Part shown: piece after piece, positions 26,500 to 45,446 of the stretch
Numbering within the stretch: position 1 is the first letter of the stretch
Layout of the letters: each line of letters starts with the position of its first letter
Assembly (NCBI RefSeq): GCF_009914755.1
Contig: NC_060932.1
Source of the DNA: the human T2T-CHM13v2.0 reference genome, Homo sapiens
Length of the DNA: 64,000 nt
Reading direction: 5' to 3' (one strand)
Position numbers and translations under genes: made by a program
The notes under the pieces: generated by a model
Told to the model about the DNA's origin: nothing
Database searches by the model: none
The model's input: only the letters and a program-made list of their open reading frames with translations

Positions 26500-27076
26500 C
26501 ATGGGATCCCAGGAGGGTTTCAACAATCTGTTCTTTTCTGTTCACTACAAACCCCAGGTGCCCTGTGGCCATTTTTAGAGCAATTTGTCACCTTGAGTAA
26601 GAGTCTAAATTCTGTTTGTCTGCTTTGTTCTGGCAACAGTGCCTGTCACATGGTAGGTGCTCAGTAGTTATCTGTGGATGAGCATGACTTCTAGAAACAG
26701 TTGCTTTAGAACCAAATCCAAGAGTAAATCTAAGAGGAAAAGGAAAACCCTGTAGTGACCTTACTTGAGACTGTAAAACATATTCACTAGCATTCTGAAG
26801 AATACAGATAAGTAACGTATTTTCCTCCGTCTTCCCTCATTTCTATGAAGCAGTTTAAGGCTATGGGCTTCCAAAATGTAACTCAAGTGTTCTCACTTGG
26901 TGGATTTTGGTTTTATAAAAGTAGAACAAAGTAAAAGATTTGCACACCCTATGTTTTAGTTTCTTATAAAACTAAGCATATTCTTGCCATTTCTTGGTGA
27001 TTTGTTCTCAGAAAAGGAGGAAACATGAAGGAGGGAAGAACAAAGTGAGGGAGGAATATAAATAAAGGAAAAAACA

Positions 27077-27435
27077 GGCCAGGTATGGTAGCTGACGCCT
27101 GTAATCCCAGCACTTTGGGAGGCTGAGGTGGGCAGATCACTTGAGGTCAGGAGTTTGAGACCAGCCTGGCCAACATGGCGAAACCCTGTCTCTAATAAAA
27201 ATACAAAAATTAGCTGGGCATAGTGGCGGGCACCTGTAGTCCCAGCTGCTCAGGTGGCTGAGGCAGGAGAATCACTTGAACCCAGGAGTTGGAGGTTACG
27301 GTGAGCCAAGGTCATGCCACTGCACTCCAGCCTGGGTGACACAGCAAGACTCTGTCTCAAATAATATATATATATATATATAATTTATATATATATGATA
27401 TATATGATATATGATATATTTTATATATATTACAT
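27077..27435 (+). mobile_element. Alu (AluSx-like) with (TA)n-type tail
   Basis: Full dimer 27077-27360; TSD ataaaggaaaaaaca at 27062-27076 and 27436-27450. Confidence 0.95.
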
Positions 27436-28444
27436 ATAAAGGAAAAAACAAAAGAAGGGATATGAGAAGGTTTGCTTGAATTTTGAGTAACATATCTGCA
27501 AAAGAATATTCCATTTTATGTTAATAAACATCTTGAATAGATGTTTTATGGTTAACTCTAGACATCATTGACTTAGAGTGTATCTTTCAAGCTGAGGAAT
27601 GATGTTCTCACCTTATCAGCAAAGGGCTGTTAATTCCTGTCATTACATGAAACCTCACTATCAGTATAATGCGGAGCTTTGAAAGATCAATAGCATAGCA
27701 CCTTTTTACGTTTCTTATTTGGATAATTATTTTAGGACTTAAAGCTCCAAAATTTTTTATTTTCAAAAAAGAGTTTGTTAGGGAAGAGTAGAGATTAACA
27801 GTGAATTCAAACAAACTAGTTTTTAAATTATACACTGAGAATAAGAATCAAAGAAATTAAAGTAAAAAAGGACATATTAGAAAATACTCTTTCAACACCC
27901 TAAATTCCTTTTGGCATACGGTTTAGATAAATTGGTCTATTTAAGTCCCACTTGACCTTTCAAAATGGTGGAAATTATGTGGTTGTGATAGTTGGGTTCT
28001 GAAACGGGAGTCTAAGTTGATGAGTGAATAATCTCTAACTCTTTAGGAACTCACAGCTCATCAACATCAATACATAATATTTATATGACAATCTTAACAT
28101 CTTAATACAAGAGAGATAAAAGACATAGACAATAAAAATAGGCATTTTGCCTAGCAATTTCAAACAAGTATTTTTCTAAATACATGGCAGAAATACCAGA
28201 CAAAACCATCTGGTATTTCCTATGTTGACACCTAATAAATCAAGTAAAGACAATATTTTCTACTCTGCTCTTTAAAACCTCCAAGGAAAATTAAAAGACA
28301 GTGTTAAGTCAAGCATGCAGCTGCTGAGACTCAAAGCAATATTACATAGCAAAATTAGAACTGCAGAAATCTGAGCATGAAAGGCAAATACAGTGAAGGT
28401 CTTGGAAGTCTCAGGTTTAAAACATTGAATTGAAATAAACATAA

Positions 28445-28745
28445 TAGGGTTGGAGAGATTGGGGAGATGTTGATCAAAGGATATAAAATTTTGGTTAAAC
28501 AGGAAGAATAAGTTCAGGAGATCAATTGTACAACATGGTGACTATGGTTAATAACAACATATATTCTTGAAAATTGCTAAGAGAGTATACTTTAAGTGTT
28601 CTCATCACAAAAAAGATAAGTATGTGAGATAATGCATGTTAATTGGCTTGATTTAGTCATTCTACAATGTAAACATATATTAAAACATCATGTTATATGC
28701 CATAAATATATACAATTTTTGTACATTTAAAAATAAATTAAAAAT
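28445..28745 (+). mobile_element. L1MA 3' end
   Basis: ggagatgttgatcaaaggatataaaatt...aataagttcaggagatcaattgtacaacatggtgact...aaaaataaa. Confidence 0.85.
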
Positions 28746-28747
28746 GT

Positions 28748-29399
<652 letters not shown>

Positions 29400-29831
29400 T
29401 AAAAATTGTTTTAATCATAATTAATTCTTCAACTTAATAGCCTAAAAAGAGATAAAAGTTCTATAACTGTTTCTGGACAGATTTAGGGGTTCCTCCCAGA
29501 AAATGTTATCTTTCTCCCTACCTGCCTACCACCACACCGTAAACCTAATAAACTCCCAAGTTGAATTGTTAATGACATTTTAATTGAGGCCTGTACCCTT
29601 GAGAGAGCCATAATTTTTAAAGTTAGACATTTAGAAGATAACATCATTGACATTTTTCCTGTGATTTTTATGTCTAAATAAATTAAGAGAGGGGATTTCA
29701 AAATATTTATCATTCACAAGAAACAGCTCTGAGGAGAGGAACATACATTTATGTCGCACAGAATATGGCATTGTCATATACATTTGTATAGAGTGAATGT
29801 GCACTATGCCAGTTGATGTTTATCATAGACC

Positions 29832-30272
29832 TAAGTCAGAAAATAAATTTTTTATGTGAGGAATGTGAACCTCTTTAAATTATCAGGCCCAGAGAGGCAT
29901 TTAAAATGTGACAGCAGACATATCTCACTCCCCTTTTAACTAAAATAATGACCCCTTAAAGCCACTTGCTAGGCAGGCTCCAGACTAACTGACTCCAAGT
30001 AGCTGTAAAATGCCATACACCTTATGGTTCAACAGGGTACAGCCAATCACTAACCAGTGTTATTCTGTAAACCAATGAGAATGCCTGTCAAACAACTTTG
30101 GATCAGCCCACTCCTTGTTCCTGTTTGTCTTTAAAAACCTGCTTGTAACAAAGGCAAAGGAAGCATTCCCCAAGGCAACCTGAAAGTGTGTCCCTGGCAG
30201 CTATCCTCACTTTGGCTAAGGTCAACTCTATACATTATATTTTGTGCCCCAGTTTTTTCCCTTAGGTAGACA
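29832..30272 (+). mobile_element. Solo LTR (LTR47-like)
   Basis: 441 bp ending taggtagaca; 4-bp TSD gacc at 29828-29831 and 30273-30276; subfamily uncertain. Confidence 0.7.
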
Positions 30273-33158
30273 GACCTTTGTGGTACATAAGGGCAGTTGT
30301 AAAGAATAAATGATAAGTTCATCATTTCCTTCATCCCTTATTTCAACAAATATTCATTGCTGAAATCTTTATTTTAATGAAAATGTTTTGGAAAGCAAGA
30401 GTCTTAAAACTAATGAAAGAAAGCAATTCCACTTCTTCAAGTGTTAACTATATACAAAGTTTTAAGGTTGACATTTTTAATACCTAAAATGAATTTCTTT
30501 ATCCATAAGAGCGGTTGTTCTTTAGATACCAAAACAACTCTAAAAAATTAACTGGCACATAATACAAAGAATTTCAAACTAATTTTCAAAATGTACTCCC
30601 TGGATTGTTTTTTCATTCCCACAAATTTGGCACCTCTTCATTCATCAATATCCTCAAGATTCCAGTTTGAATTTCCAGCTGCCCAAAGACACCTTGATTT
30701 TGGCCACCAAAATGACTATCTCCTTACCACATTTCTCTCATTTGAAAAAGAAATGCAAATAAAAGATAAAACTCTGTTTTTCTGCTAATGGAAACATCAT
30801 GTATCCTCTACTCTAAACACTTACAGTAGTTTCAGTAAGAATGACATCGGATTTTATTGCATTTTGTTTTGTTCTGCGACTTCATATGTGACAAACTTAT
30901 ATGCCCAAAAAGAAGCACTGCATGAGACTTTAACTTTCATGTGGGCAATGACCAAGACTACCTAATTCAATCCCTTAGGCTTATCATTCAGGTGCAGCCT
31001 GGTACCCAGCAGGCATTAATGTGCATTTCTTCAATGAATAAAGGAATGAGCACCCTGCTCCGGGCCCAGCCAGGGCCAAGCACTCCCCTTTCTCCTCTTT
31101 CTACCCTGATGAAGAGTATCTCTCCCAACTAGACAGGAAGACCTCATGGTCTTTGCTCCTCTCACCTGCATAACCAACTCATGGCCAAGACTTATTCATT
31201 CTGCCTCTGAGACAGTTCTCCATCCTGCCTGCTCCTCCAGTTCACCCTGCTGATGTCTGAAAGATGTTCACATTCAGTGCAGTTATCTTTCTGCAAAGTT
31301 CACTGTCAGACCCCCCCACCACTCCTTTCTGCCCATCTCTTCTCACTGGCCCCCATTAATACTCATTGCTCCTGCTGGCATGCTTTCTATATGTAGATGG
31401 GATTAAGATTCGCTCTCACTGAATACCTGTCCCTGTCGATTTGTGAAGCCCCCAGTGATTGACATGGTATGGCCACCTGCCCACCCAGGGGCCCCACCTC
31501 TCAGTCTCACTCTTTTCCAATCTCTCATGTGCTCTGTCCTCTAGTCACGCAGATGACTGGAACCACAAACAAAGGACTGTGATGCTGGCAGCAGAGTTCA
31601 CATTGAGTATTGGACAGACACACCAAAGTCAGTAATGTGCACCAATTGGACCCCACAGGGCTTTCTAGCAGGCTTTTCTGCATCCTTTTATCCCACCCAC
31701 AATACAAATATAGTGAGCTTTTAAAAGCAAGTCTTACTGACCTTCCTCCTAAAATCTGTCAGTGTTTTCCTATTGTTTTCAGGGTTTTGTTTTAAGTAGA
31801 AATTTACAGTGATTTATGAGACTCTGCCCCTGATAGCCAGCCCTGCTCTCCAGGCTCAGCTCACCTTTGCTCTTCAGCCAAAGCCACCATCTTCTGTCTC
31901 CCAAAACGTGCTGTGCTCCTTCCAGTATGCATATCCAGTATGTGACTCTTGCACCTAACATTCCCTCTGCCAAGAACATTCCACTTTCTCCCCACTTGGT
32001 AATTCCTCTTTACTCTTCAAATTTGTCCTCAAATGTCACTTCCTCAGATTAAATCTTTCTAGGGCCTCCTCTTTACAATTTTATATTGCAACTTAGCTAA
32101 ACTGGAAACACACGCACACACACACACACAAGATACTCTATGGGAATACTACAAACAACTTTACGCTCATAAACTTGACAGTGTAAAAAAAAAGGAAAAC
32201 TTCCTAAACAAAAAAATCACAAACTACCAAAACTCAATTGGGATGAAATAAACAAATTGAGTAGTCCTGTAACTATTAAATAAATTGAATTTGTAACTTA
32301 GAAATTCTCAAAAATGAAATAGTCAGTCCCAGATGGTTTCACTGGAGAATTCTAACAACACTTTTTAAAGAATAACACCTACATTACACAATCTCTTCCA
32401 AGAAATAGGAGACTAGAGAACACATCTCCACTTACTCATTGATGTCAGTATTACTCTGACAACAAAATTAGTCGAAATAGTACAAAAAAAAAGAAAACTA
32501 CACACCAATATCTCTCATGAACATAGGCAGAAGAGTTATTGGCAAAACATTATCAAATCAAACCCAGCAAATATAAAAGGAATTATATATTTCCCATGAC
32601 CAATTGAAATTTATTTCAAGTGTACAGGCCTAATTCAACATTCAAAAAATCAACCACTATAACCAAATCACAGTAAACACAGTAAAGAAAAAAATATATA
32701 ATCTTATCATTTTACACAGAAAAAGCACTTGACAAAATCCAACATCTGTTCATGATTAAAGAAAAAAAAACTTAGAAAACTACAAATGGAGCAGAAGTCA
32801 ACCTGATAAAGAGCATCTATAAAAGTCCAACAGTAAACAATGGTCAGTGGTAAAAGACTGAAAGATTTCTTCTAAGATCAAGAACAAAAAAATGATTTCC
32901 CCTAAGATTAGAAACAGGAGTGTCACCGCTTTTATTCATGATAAGTATCAGAAGTTCTAGACAGTGCAATAAGGCAAGAAAAAGAAATAATAGGCATAAA
33001 AATTGGAAAGAAAAAATAAAACTGTTGTAATTTGTACATGAGAAAATCACAAAGATTACAAAGGAATATACTAAAAACAACTAAAAATCTCCTAGAAATA
33101 ACAGGTGATTTCAGCAAGATTGCAGGATATAAGATAAATACACAAAAATCAATTTCAT

Positions 33159-33491
<333 letters not shown>

Positions 33492-33794
33492 CTAAAACAC
33501 AAAACCATTTACAATCACACCAAAGAAAATGAAGTACTTAGAACATGTGTATAGGATCTGTATTCTTAAAATTACAAAATGCTGATTAAAGAAACTAATG
33601 AATATCTAAATAAATGGAAAGACATATAATGTTTGTGGATTTAATAACTCAACATAATAAAGATGTTACTACGTCCCAAATCGATCCTGATGTGTAATGC
33701 AATTCCTATTAAAATTTAACAAGGTTCTTCTTCTAGTAAAATGATATGATTATATAATTTTTTCTTTACTGTGTTAATGTGATTGGTTATAGTG

Positions 33795-35016
33795 ATTGGA
33801 TTGATTACATGTCCTTGCTAGTGTGAATAGTGCTGCAAAGAAGATAAGTGTGCATGTATCTTTATAACAGAATGATTTATATTCCTTTGGGTATATACCC
33901 AGTAATAATATTGCTGGGTCAAATGGCATTTCTGGTTTTAGATCCTTAAGAAAGCAGCATGCTGTCTTCCACAATGGTTGAACTAATTTACATTCCCACC
34001 AATAGTGTAAAAGAGTTCCTATTCCTCTACAGCCTCACTAGCATCTGTTGCTTCTTGACTTTTTAATAATCGCCACTCTGACTGGCATGAGATGGTATCT
34101 CATTGCGGTTTAGATTTGCATTTCTCTAATGATCAGTGATTTGCTTTTTTTCATATGTTTGTTGGCTGCATAAATGTCTTCCTTTGAGAATTTTTCTATT
34201 CACGTCCTTTGCCCACTTTTTAATGGGGTTGTTTTTTTTTCTTGTAATTTTGTTTAAATTCCTTGCAGATTATGGATATTAGACCTTTGTCAGATGGATA
34301 TGTGATGAATTACATTTATTGATTTGCATATGTTGAACCAGTCTTGCATCCCGGTGATGAAGCTAACTTGATCACGGTAGGTAAGCTTTTTAACATGCTG
34401 CTGGATTTGGTTTGCCAGTATTTTACTGAAGATTTTCACATCAATGTTCATCTGAGATACTGGCCTGAAGTTTCCTTCTTTTGTTGTATCTCCTCCAGGT
34501 TTTGGTATCAGGTTGATGCTAGCCTCATAAAATGAGTTAGGCAGAAGTTCCTCCTTTTCAGTTGTTTCGAATAGTTTCAGAAGGAATGGTACCAGCTTCT
34601 CTTTGAAACGCTGGTAGAATTTAACTGTAAATCTGTCTGGTCCTGGTTTTTTGTTTGTGTGTTTGTTTGTTTTTTGGTTGGTAGGCTATTTATTACTGCC
34701 TCAATTGTAGAACTTGCTATTGGCCTATTGAGGAATTGGACTTCTTTCTGGTTTAGTCTTGGGATGGTGTATGTGTCCAGGAATTTATCAATTTTTTCTA
34801 GATTTGCTAGTTTATTTGCGTAGAGGTGTTTATACTATACAATTAGTGTGTAGAAGTCTAAGTCTCTTTGTATGTCTCTAAGAACTTGTCTAATGATTTT
34901 AGGTGCTCCTATATTGGGTGCATATATATTTAGGATTATTCATTCTTCTTGTTGAATTGACCCCTTTACCATTATGTAATGTCCTTCTTTGTCTTTTTTT
35001 ATCTTTGTTAGTTTAA
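33795..35016 (-). mobile_element. Antisense L1P ORF2 pieces (three non-contiguous segments)
   Basis: Reverse-complement primate L1 ORF2: C-terminal part, RT part and endonuclease part, joined at ~34300 and ~34835. Confidence 0.85.
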
Positions 35017-36749
35017 AGGACAGACAAGTTTATTCTAAGTTTTACAAGGAAAGACACAGGATCTAAACAGTTAAAAAAGACAACTCGCAAAATTTGAAAA
35101 AGAAGAATTTACTGAGAAGAATCAATCTAAGAAATGTTAAGGATTACTACATAGCTACAGTTTCAAGACAGTGTGGTATTAGAGGAGAAGCAGACATATA
35201 GGTCAATGAAACAAAATAGAGAACCCCAAAATAGAGCCATACAAATCTATTCAAATAATTTTGACATCAGAATAATTAAAATAAAAGATTGTAGTAAGGT
35301 CACATGTCAGTGATGCGGGTGAACTGATTACTCACACGTCGCTGGTGGGAATGTAAAATATCACAATTCTGGAAAATAATGTGGCAGTTTCTCATAAAAC
35401 TAAATGTGTACTTACCATTGACCCAGCAATTACTCTATTTGGCGTTTGTACTAGAGAAATGAAAACAAATTATCACAAAAATACCTTTACATAAAAGATC
35501 ACAGCGTTTTTATTCATAACACCCAAAATGTGGAAACAACCAAATATGCTTCAGTGTTTAATCAAAGGGTTAAACAACCTGTGCTACATCCATACCATGG
35601 AATATTACTCAGCAACAGCGAAAGAAATGAGCTCCTGATGCATGCCACAACTTGGCTGGATCTCAAGGGAATGACACTGAGTGAAAAGCCCATCTAAAAT
35701 GTTACATACTGCATGAGTCCATCTATGCAGCACTATTGAAATGACATTATTAAAGAGACAAGAAGAGATTAGTGGTTACCAGGAGCTAGGAAATATGAGG
35801 AGGGATGACAGGGACTGTAAAAGGGGGGCAGGGTCAATCCTTGTGACGAAACTGTTATTTTGACTGTGGCAGTGATCACACGCATCTACTCAGGTGGTAA
35901 AGCTGAGTAGAACTAAACTCCTGTGGTTGGGGGAGAACAGTGTACACATAAAAACAGAAAATCTGAATAATATCCCTGGATTATGTCAGTGTTAATTTCC
36001 TCACTGTGATATTGCACTATAGTTTTGTAGGACGTTAGTTACCATTAAGGGATACCGAGTGACTGGTATACAAGATCTCTCTGTATTATTTCTTACAACT
36101 TCATGGGAATCCACAGTTATCTCAAGCAGTTTTTTAAATTTAGACAAAAAGGGGGACAAAACATCAACAAATGAAGAAAATGTTTATATATATAAACATT
36201 TTATATATATAAACAATATAAAAATTTTACATATAAATGTATATATATCAGAGAACAAGATGGCAGAAGTGAAGCCAGACAAATAAGCTATAACAAATTT
36301 CATGGACAGTGACTGTTTTGTTTGCCACAGTAGGCATTTCATGATTGTCACATGAAAATAGAAAGAGAGTGTTTCCTGATAAGAAGAAATGTGACCCAAG
36401 CCCGAAGCACTTGGCAGATACTGTAAAGACAATCAAATGCAGCATGCTGAAAGAGCACAGGCTTTGGAATCATTGGAGCCTGTTGGTGATCTATAATTTA
36501 ATCAAAAGTTTCCCAAAATTTAATAAACTCTGAAATATAAGTGGAACAATAGGTAGTCATTCAGTTCCAGTAAACTATTCATGCAACATTATCAATTTGC
36601 AGAAGGGCAAAGGGACACCAAAATGATCTTCTCTCTTCATTTGAAATTAAAATTATTTTGCCATCTCATTAAATGAAACAAAAGAATTGCCTTTAAAAGT
36701 ACACTACCTGGAAATCCACGTGAGAGCCAAGATGGAATGAAGGAGGTAA

Positions 36750-37370
<621 letters not shown>

Positions 37371-37455
37371 CCTACTTTCATTTTGTTTGAGGATGTTTAT
37401 CTTGGTCATTTGGGAAGATCTGGAATAAATGTTGGAACCTCTCTCTCTCTCTGCT

Positions 37456-38583
<1,128 letters not shown>

Positions 38584-39250
38584 TCAATTTTAAAATATGG
38601 ATGGTAATGACATTTACTGATATAATACTGTTAGTTAATTTTAAGATGGATGTTTATGATACAACAAATTGTTGAGAAACCCACTTATTTGTTATTTTGT
38701 CATCTATTGCTTACTTTGAGAAAATACCAAGTGCCTATAAGATAACTTAAATATAAAACCGGCTCTAGATAATTGCTATCCAATAGAATGAAATCTTAAA
38801 GGACCTTTCATCAGTAATTCAATGGTATGTCAAGATTAAGATTCTAGCTTTCAAAAAACCTCAAACCCTACTCAAAGAAAAAATAATACAAAACAAATAG
38901 AAGAAAGTCAATCCAACAAACAAATAACAACAAAAATAACCCTGATTCTGTTAGTCCAGCCTCTCTACCTTGCTTCCACTTAAAAATCCTATCCATCTCT
39001 CTAGCAAGTCTTTAAAATACAAAATTATTTTCAAATTTATATTCTTATAAAAAGCTAATTAAAAGAAAGTATGAACTAAAGCAGCAGATTTATTCATTTT
39101 CAGGCTACCTGATCTAAACCAGAAGGCAAATGGCCACCCTGTTCCCAGAGTCATGTCTCCTTTCAGGCCGTGACGGTGGAACATTACCTTGCCTCCATCC
39201 TGTCCTCTAACCTTCCTACTCCTTCAGGTGCAGAGGCACAGGCACCCTGA

Positions 39251-39613
<363 letters not shown>

Positions 39614-40226
39614 CTACCATTATTTTTTAAGACACACAATTCCATAGATCTTTAGCAAGACTTTCTATTAGCAAGACTTCCATCTCCAGAAAGCTCCAGA
39701 GATGTAGCCATCATCTCTAGATTTAGTTAAACCCCTCATCTTCAAGAATTCTTTCTCAAGGGACAATGCCAAAATGCACCTGCAATTAAAGAAGTATTCA
39801 TTTGAGGAATCAGGTGTCAGTCTTCTCTTCTTGCAGGACTTCTCAATCTCTCCAAGACATTGCCCTAGAACAGTCCCACCCCTAGTAGAAGAGGGAGTGG
39901 CCACCAACCACGGAACTCCTTGAAAGCCCAAAGGACACTGATAACAGTTGATTTTCTCCCCTGTCCTCTCTTCATCTAGAACAGGCAGAGGGTGTTAGGT
40001 AATGGATAATTATAAAAGGGTCTTGTCTGTGTCCTATTAGGGTATCATTAACTTTCTTTATAAGGAGGGGAAACTGAGCATCCATTTTTGGCATTGGTGA
40101 GTCTTGATTACCATTTCTGGGGCAACAGATAAGTCCCCCTCAAAAGCTTTTTACACATGTAGCGTTTATCTCGGGGCTGTGGTATTAAGGAGGTGGATAG
40201 GTGAACTTTTATTATCTACTTTGTAA

Positions 40227-40576
<350 letters not shown>

Positions 40577-41424
40577 AAATGTGCTGTATTTACAGTTAAC
40601 AAAGCTATCAAAAATTTTTAAGAAAAACAAAAAGTTACAGACTAATATGGAAAATATTTTGTTGTAAACAAAAAAACTCATGATGGAGTTTTGTTTGTCG
40701 ATAGCATGAAATTCAGGCTTCTCCCTGTGAGACTCAAAGACCTGATCCAACCTTCCTTCCTGGTGCCCACCCTCTCCACTGGACATGGGTACCACAGACA
40801 CACACACCATGCACTGCTGCAGGCAAACACTGTGCTCCTTCACTTTTCTTTTTAATTGTCAATGTTATTTCATTCTTCTACGTTGCTCTTTGCCATCTTT
40901 GCCACCACCATCAGGTGAACTCAGTTGCTCTCCAGTATTTCTAAGTGAACTCAAAGTATAGAAGGGTGGGAGAAGTATGAGTTAATCTACTCATTTACTC
41001 ACAGTGGAGAATTACAAACTAACCACAACACAATGTAGACAGAAACAACATGTGGCATGTTTAATGTGGCATGCAAGCAAGGATTAAGAAGAAACTCATT
41101 TTCCCCTGGAATGCCAAGGAGCGGTCCAAGTTGATGCCGTTTTTTTGAGCTGGGTTTTGGATAGCAATTGAACCAGGAAATAAGGGGACTGGCAGAGCTA
41201 GGGCAATGCTCCAGCTGTCCAGAAACACTTCCAGGCTACACCTTGACACGAGTTCAAGTACAATTAGCTGGTGTCACAGTAGCTCTGTCTTTTAGCTAAA
41301 TAGGATCAAACTTGGGTTAATTCCCGGGCCATAGTTTTAATGAATTCAACCTGGTCATTGAAGCAATAAAAGATTTGTTTGTGTATAAAAGTCACCTTAT
41401 TCCAAAATAGCAGGAGTAGGGAAA

Positions 41425-41630
41425 GAGCTCATTCTCAGAGAACAGCCTGCCTTGGGGTCTGATCTCAGCCTTCACACACAAGCTGGCAGGATGGAAAAGG
41501 GTTAGTTATCCTCCCTGGGTCGCAGTTTCCTCTTGTATACATAGCAGCAATAACAGTACCTCTATAAGTATCTGAGTGTGAGTGGTAAATGAGTTAATAT
41601 ATTGAGAATGATTAGCAAGGTGATTTACTC
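41425..41630. mobile_element. MIR
   Basis: cagtttcctcttgtatacatagcagcaataacagtacct...taaatgagttaatat. Confidence 0.6.
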
Positions 41631-42814
41631 AAGCTCATTTGAATAGTTTGGTAGTGTAGGACACAGTCAGAGGGCTTCTAACTCAAAGCCTCCTAGTCAT
41701 ATGACAGCAGCCGCTAAGCTACTAAGTGACAAATCATAAGACACACCGGGGACTTACACACACATGGTCAGTTTGCATCAGTAATTGATTCTCTAAATAA
41801 CAAGTTAACGTTTGCCTCCTTTTTTGAGATTGCCTCCAAATGAATAAGGTGAACTGAATAAGTTCGATTTCTTTCTTTTAGTGCGTTTTTCAGAAGTGGG
41901 GATGGAAAGGGTTTTGTCCTCAGTGATCATCTTTCTGTTCATTGACATGGGCCCTTAGAGGGAGAGCTGGGATTGCTCCAGACGGTGAGCAGCTCAAACC
42001 CTGCATTGTGGGTGGGCAGAAAGGCAGGTGGGGTGGCACGCTCCTGGATGCCACTGCATTCCGACAGGACACCCGGTCCCAGCTGGAGCACAGCATCACT
42101 GCCTGGGCCAAGGTTCACTGTCCTGGATTAGCAAGAACAGCTGGAAAGTTTGTTTGGGCATGGGGGTGAAGCAGGAGTTATTTTAAAAAACTGTGAACAA
42201 GTGACCATAGAATTAAAAAGGAAATGAGGATCTGGACAAAGAACAACACGAGGTCACGAGCCCCTGGGCCCACCCAAGTGTCCAGAAGCCCCTACCTTCC
42301 TTAGTAGCCTCCTGCCGTGGGTCTTTCCCCCTGGTTCCTGGGGAAAACACTCATCAGTCCAAAACAACCTGCCTTAAAATACTCAACAGTCCGAAACAAC
42401 CTGCAAAACTACTGGGAGAGTGCAGTGTTTGTTTTCAAAATTAGGACACTAAAAATAAGCAGAATGCATTTCATTTAAGAAACTCAATTTATTTAAAACT
42501 ACCTATTGTCTCCTTCAAGTTCCTTAGAGTTCATTATGAATTTGAAGGCGTAACTAGTGTAAGTATGATAGGATAAATTTAGCCAAAACCTGAAAAAATC
42601 AAGTTAAAAGGAATAGTTATGAATTCTTTTAAAAATAATTTTAAACATTTTGGTATCAGTATTAATTACATGCTCTAAATTATTCATTGATACTAATTAT
42701 GTAGTACAAGGAGGTATAATTACTTCAAGGAATGTCTGCAGATGATTATATAAAAATAATCTTCTAAGCTACATCCTACGACACTCTTGGAAGGTTTAAG
42801 ATTTAAATAGATAC

Positions 42815-44141
<1,327 letters not shown>

Positions 44142-44294
44142 TATTATCTGACAATCAGTGTAAACCCAGGATAACATTTTAAGCAAGGGCTCTTTGTAAA
44201 TCTTTCTTTAGTTCCAGATGGCAGGAGATGATGGTCTCTTATTTACTACCCTACCAGTTATCAAACCTACCTGAAAGTCCTTTTCTTCAAGCCA

Positions 44295-44456
44295 GATATT
44301 GTTAATATCTACTGTTCCTAGTTTATAAATTGAACTTTATCATAGGTATGTACGTATAGGAAGAAATAGTACATATAGGGTTCAGTACTATCCGCGGTTT
44401 CGGGCATCCACTGGGGGCCTTGCCATGTATCCCCCATGGAGAAGGGGGGATGGTTG
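44295..44456 (+). mobile_element. Tigger1-like 3' end fragment
   Basis: gggttcagtactatccgcggtttcgggcatccactggggg...tatccccc...gggggga. Confidence 0.75.
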
Positions 44457-45446
44457 TAAACAGACAGTTTAGACAAAGAACTCTTCCCTAGCTAGGGACA
44501 AAAGTTACAAATGCTTTGGTAGTTTTTAATTTTCTGCTGAGGCAGGTAAAAAAATACAAAGTCTATCCAGAGAAAATGCCAGTTATTTTTTTTTTGAAAA
44601 GTTTTAATTTTTATAGAGGAAAAGTGCTTTCAGACAATTGCAAAGATTTTTCAAAAAAGAAATATCATTGCTCTTATTTTGCCAAGAAAAATTGGAAGAC
44701 TTCATCATAGGTCATATCAACATGTTCTGGGTAACAAAATGCTCAGTCATACAAGGCTAAATATGTAAGCAGATCTGCTCTAATCTTAATTATCTGAAAG
44801 CTCAAAATTACTGATAAAATATAATTTACAATGACATGAGACTCTATTGACATATATCACTATTAAAGATCATGTTTTTAAGATCAAATACTATTAAATC
44901 TTAATTTTTGAGTAATTCTTTTACACACTTTGTCCCTATCAAAGTATCTTTTATTTTGTTCTAAAATTTTACCACCACTTCCAATCCATGACTTCTCCAT
45001 GACAAATGAATAAATGAATTGGCGTGTTTATTTTACACCATGCTGGAGCTCATGTTTTCTCTGATATTTCACACAATTACTTCAGATATTAGATGACTTT
45101 GTCTGACCCCAAGTCACCATAGATTCGAAAGGTCTCAGCAGAAAAAAGGGAATTTGCATTAGAATATTTGGTCTCATTAAAAACTAAGTCCTCCAAGCAT
45201 GCCATCTGATCATGCCCAGATTCCACAGTGAACAAACTATAAGAAGCTGGGGCTGGGGTGGGAAACAGATGTGTGCTTTAATACTTTTTCTTTCTGACTT
45301 CCTCATAATTCTACCCAGTCCTCAATAATCCTAAAAGAAAATAAAGGTTTAGAAAAGTAAATTCTTGTAGGATTGTACTTTCCTTCTAATTTCCCCTCTT
45401 TATCAGCTAAGAGAAATACTTCTGTACTTCAACTCAGGCATAGAAG

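Noticed and set aside
39870-39905. CTCF-like motifs
   Set aside because: Only partial matches to the core; not supportable without ChIP data.
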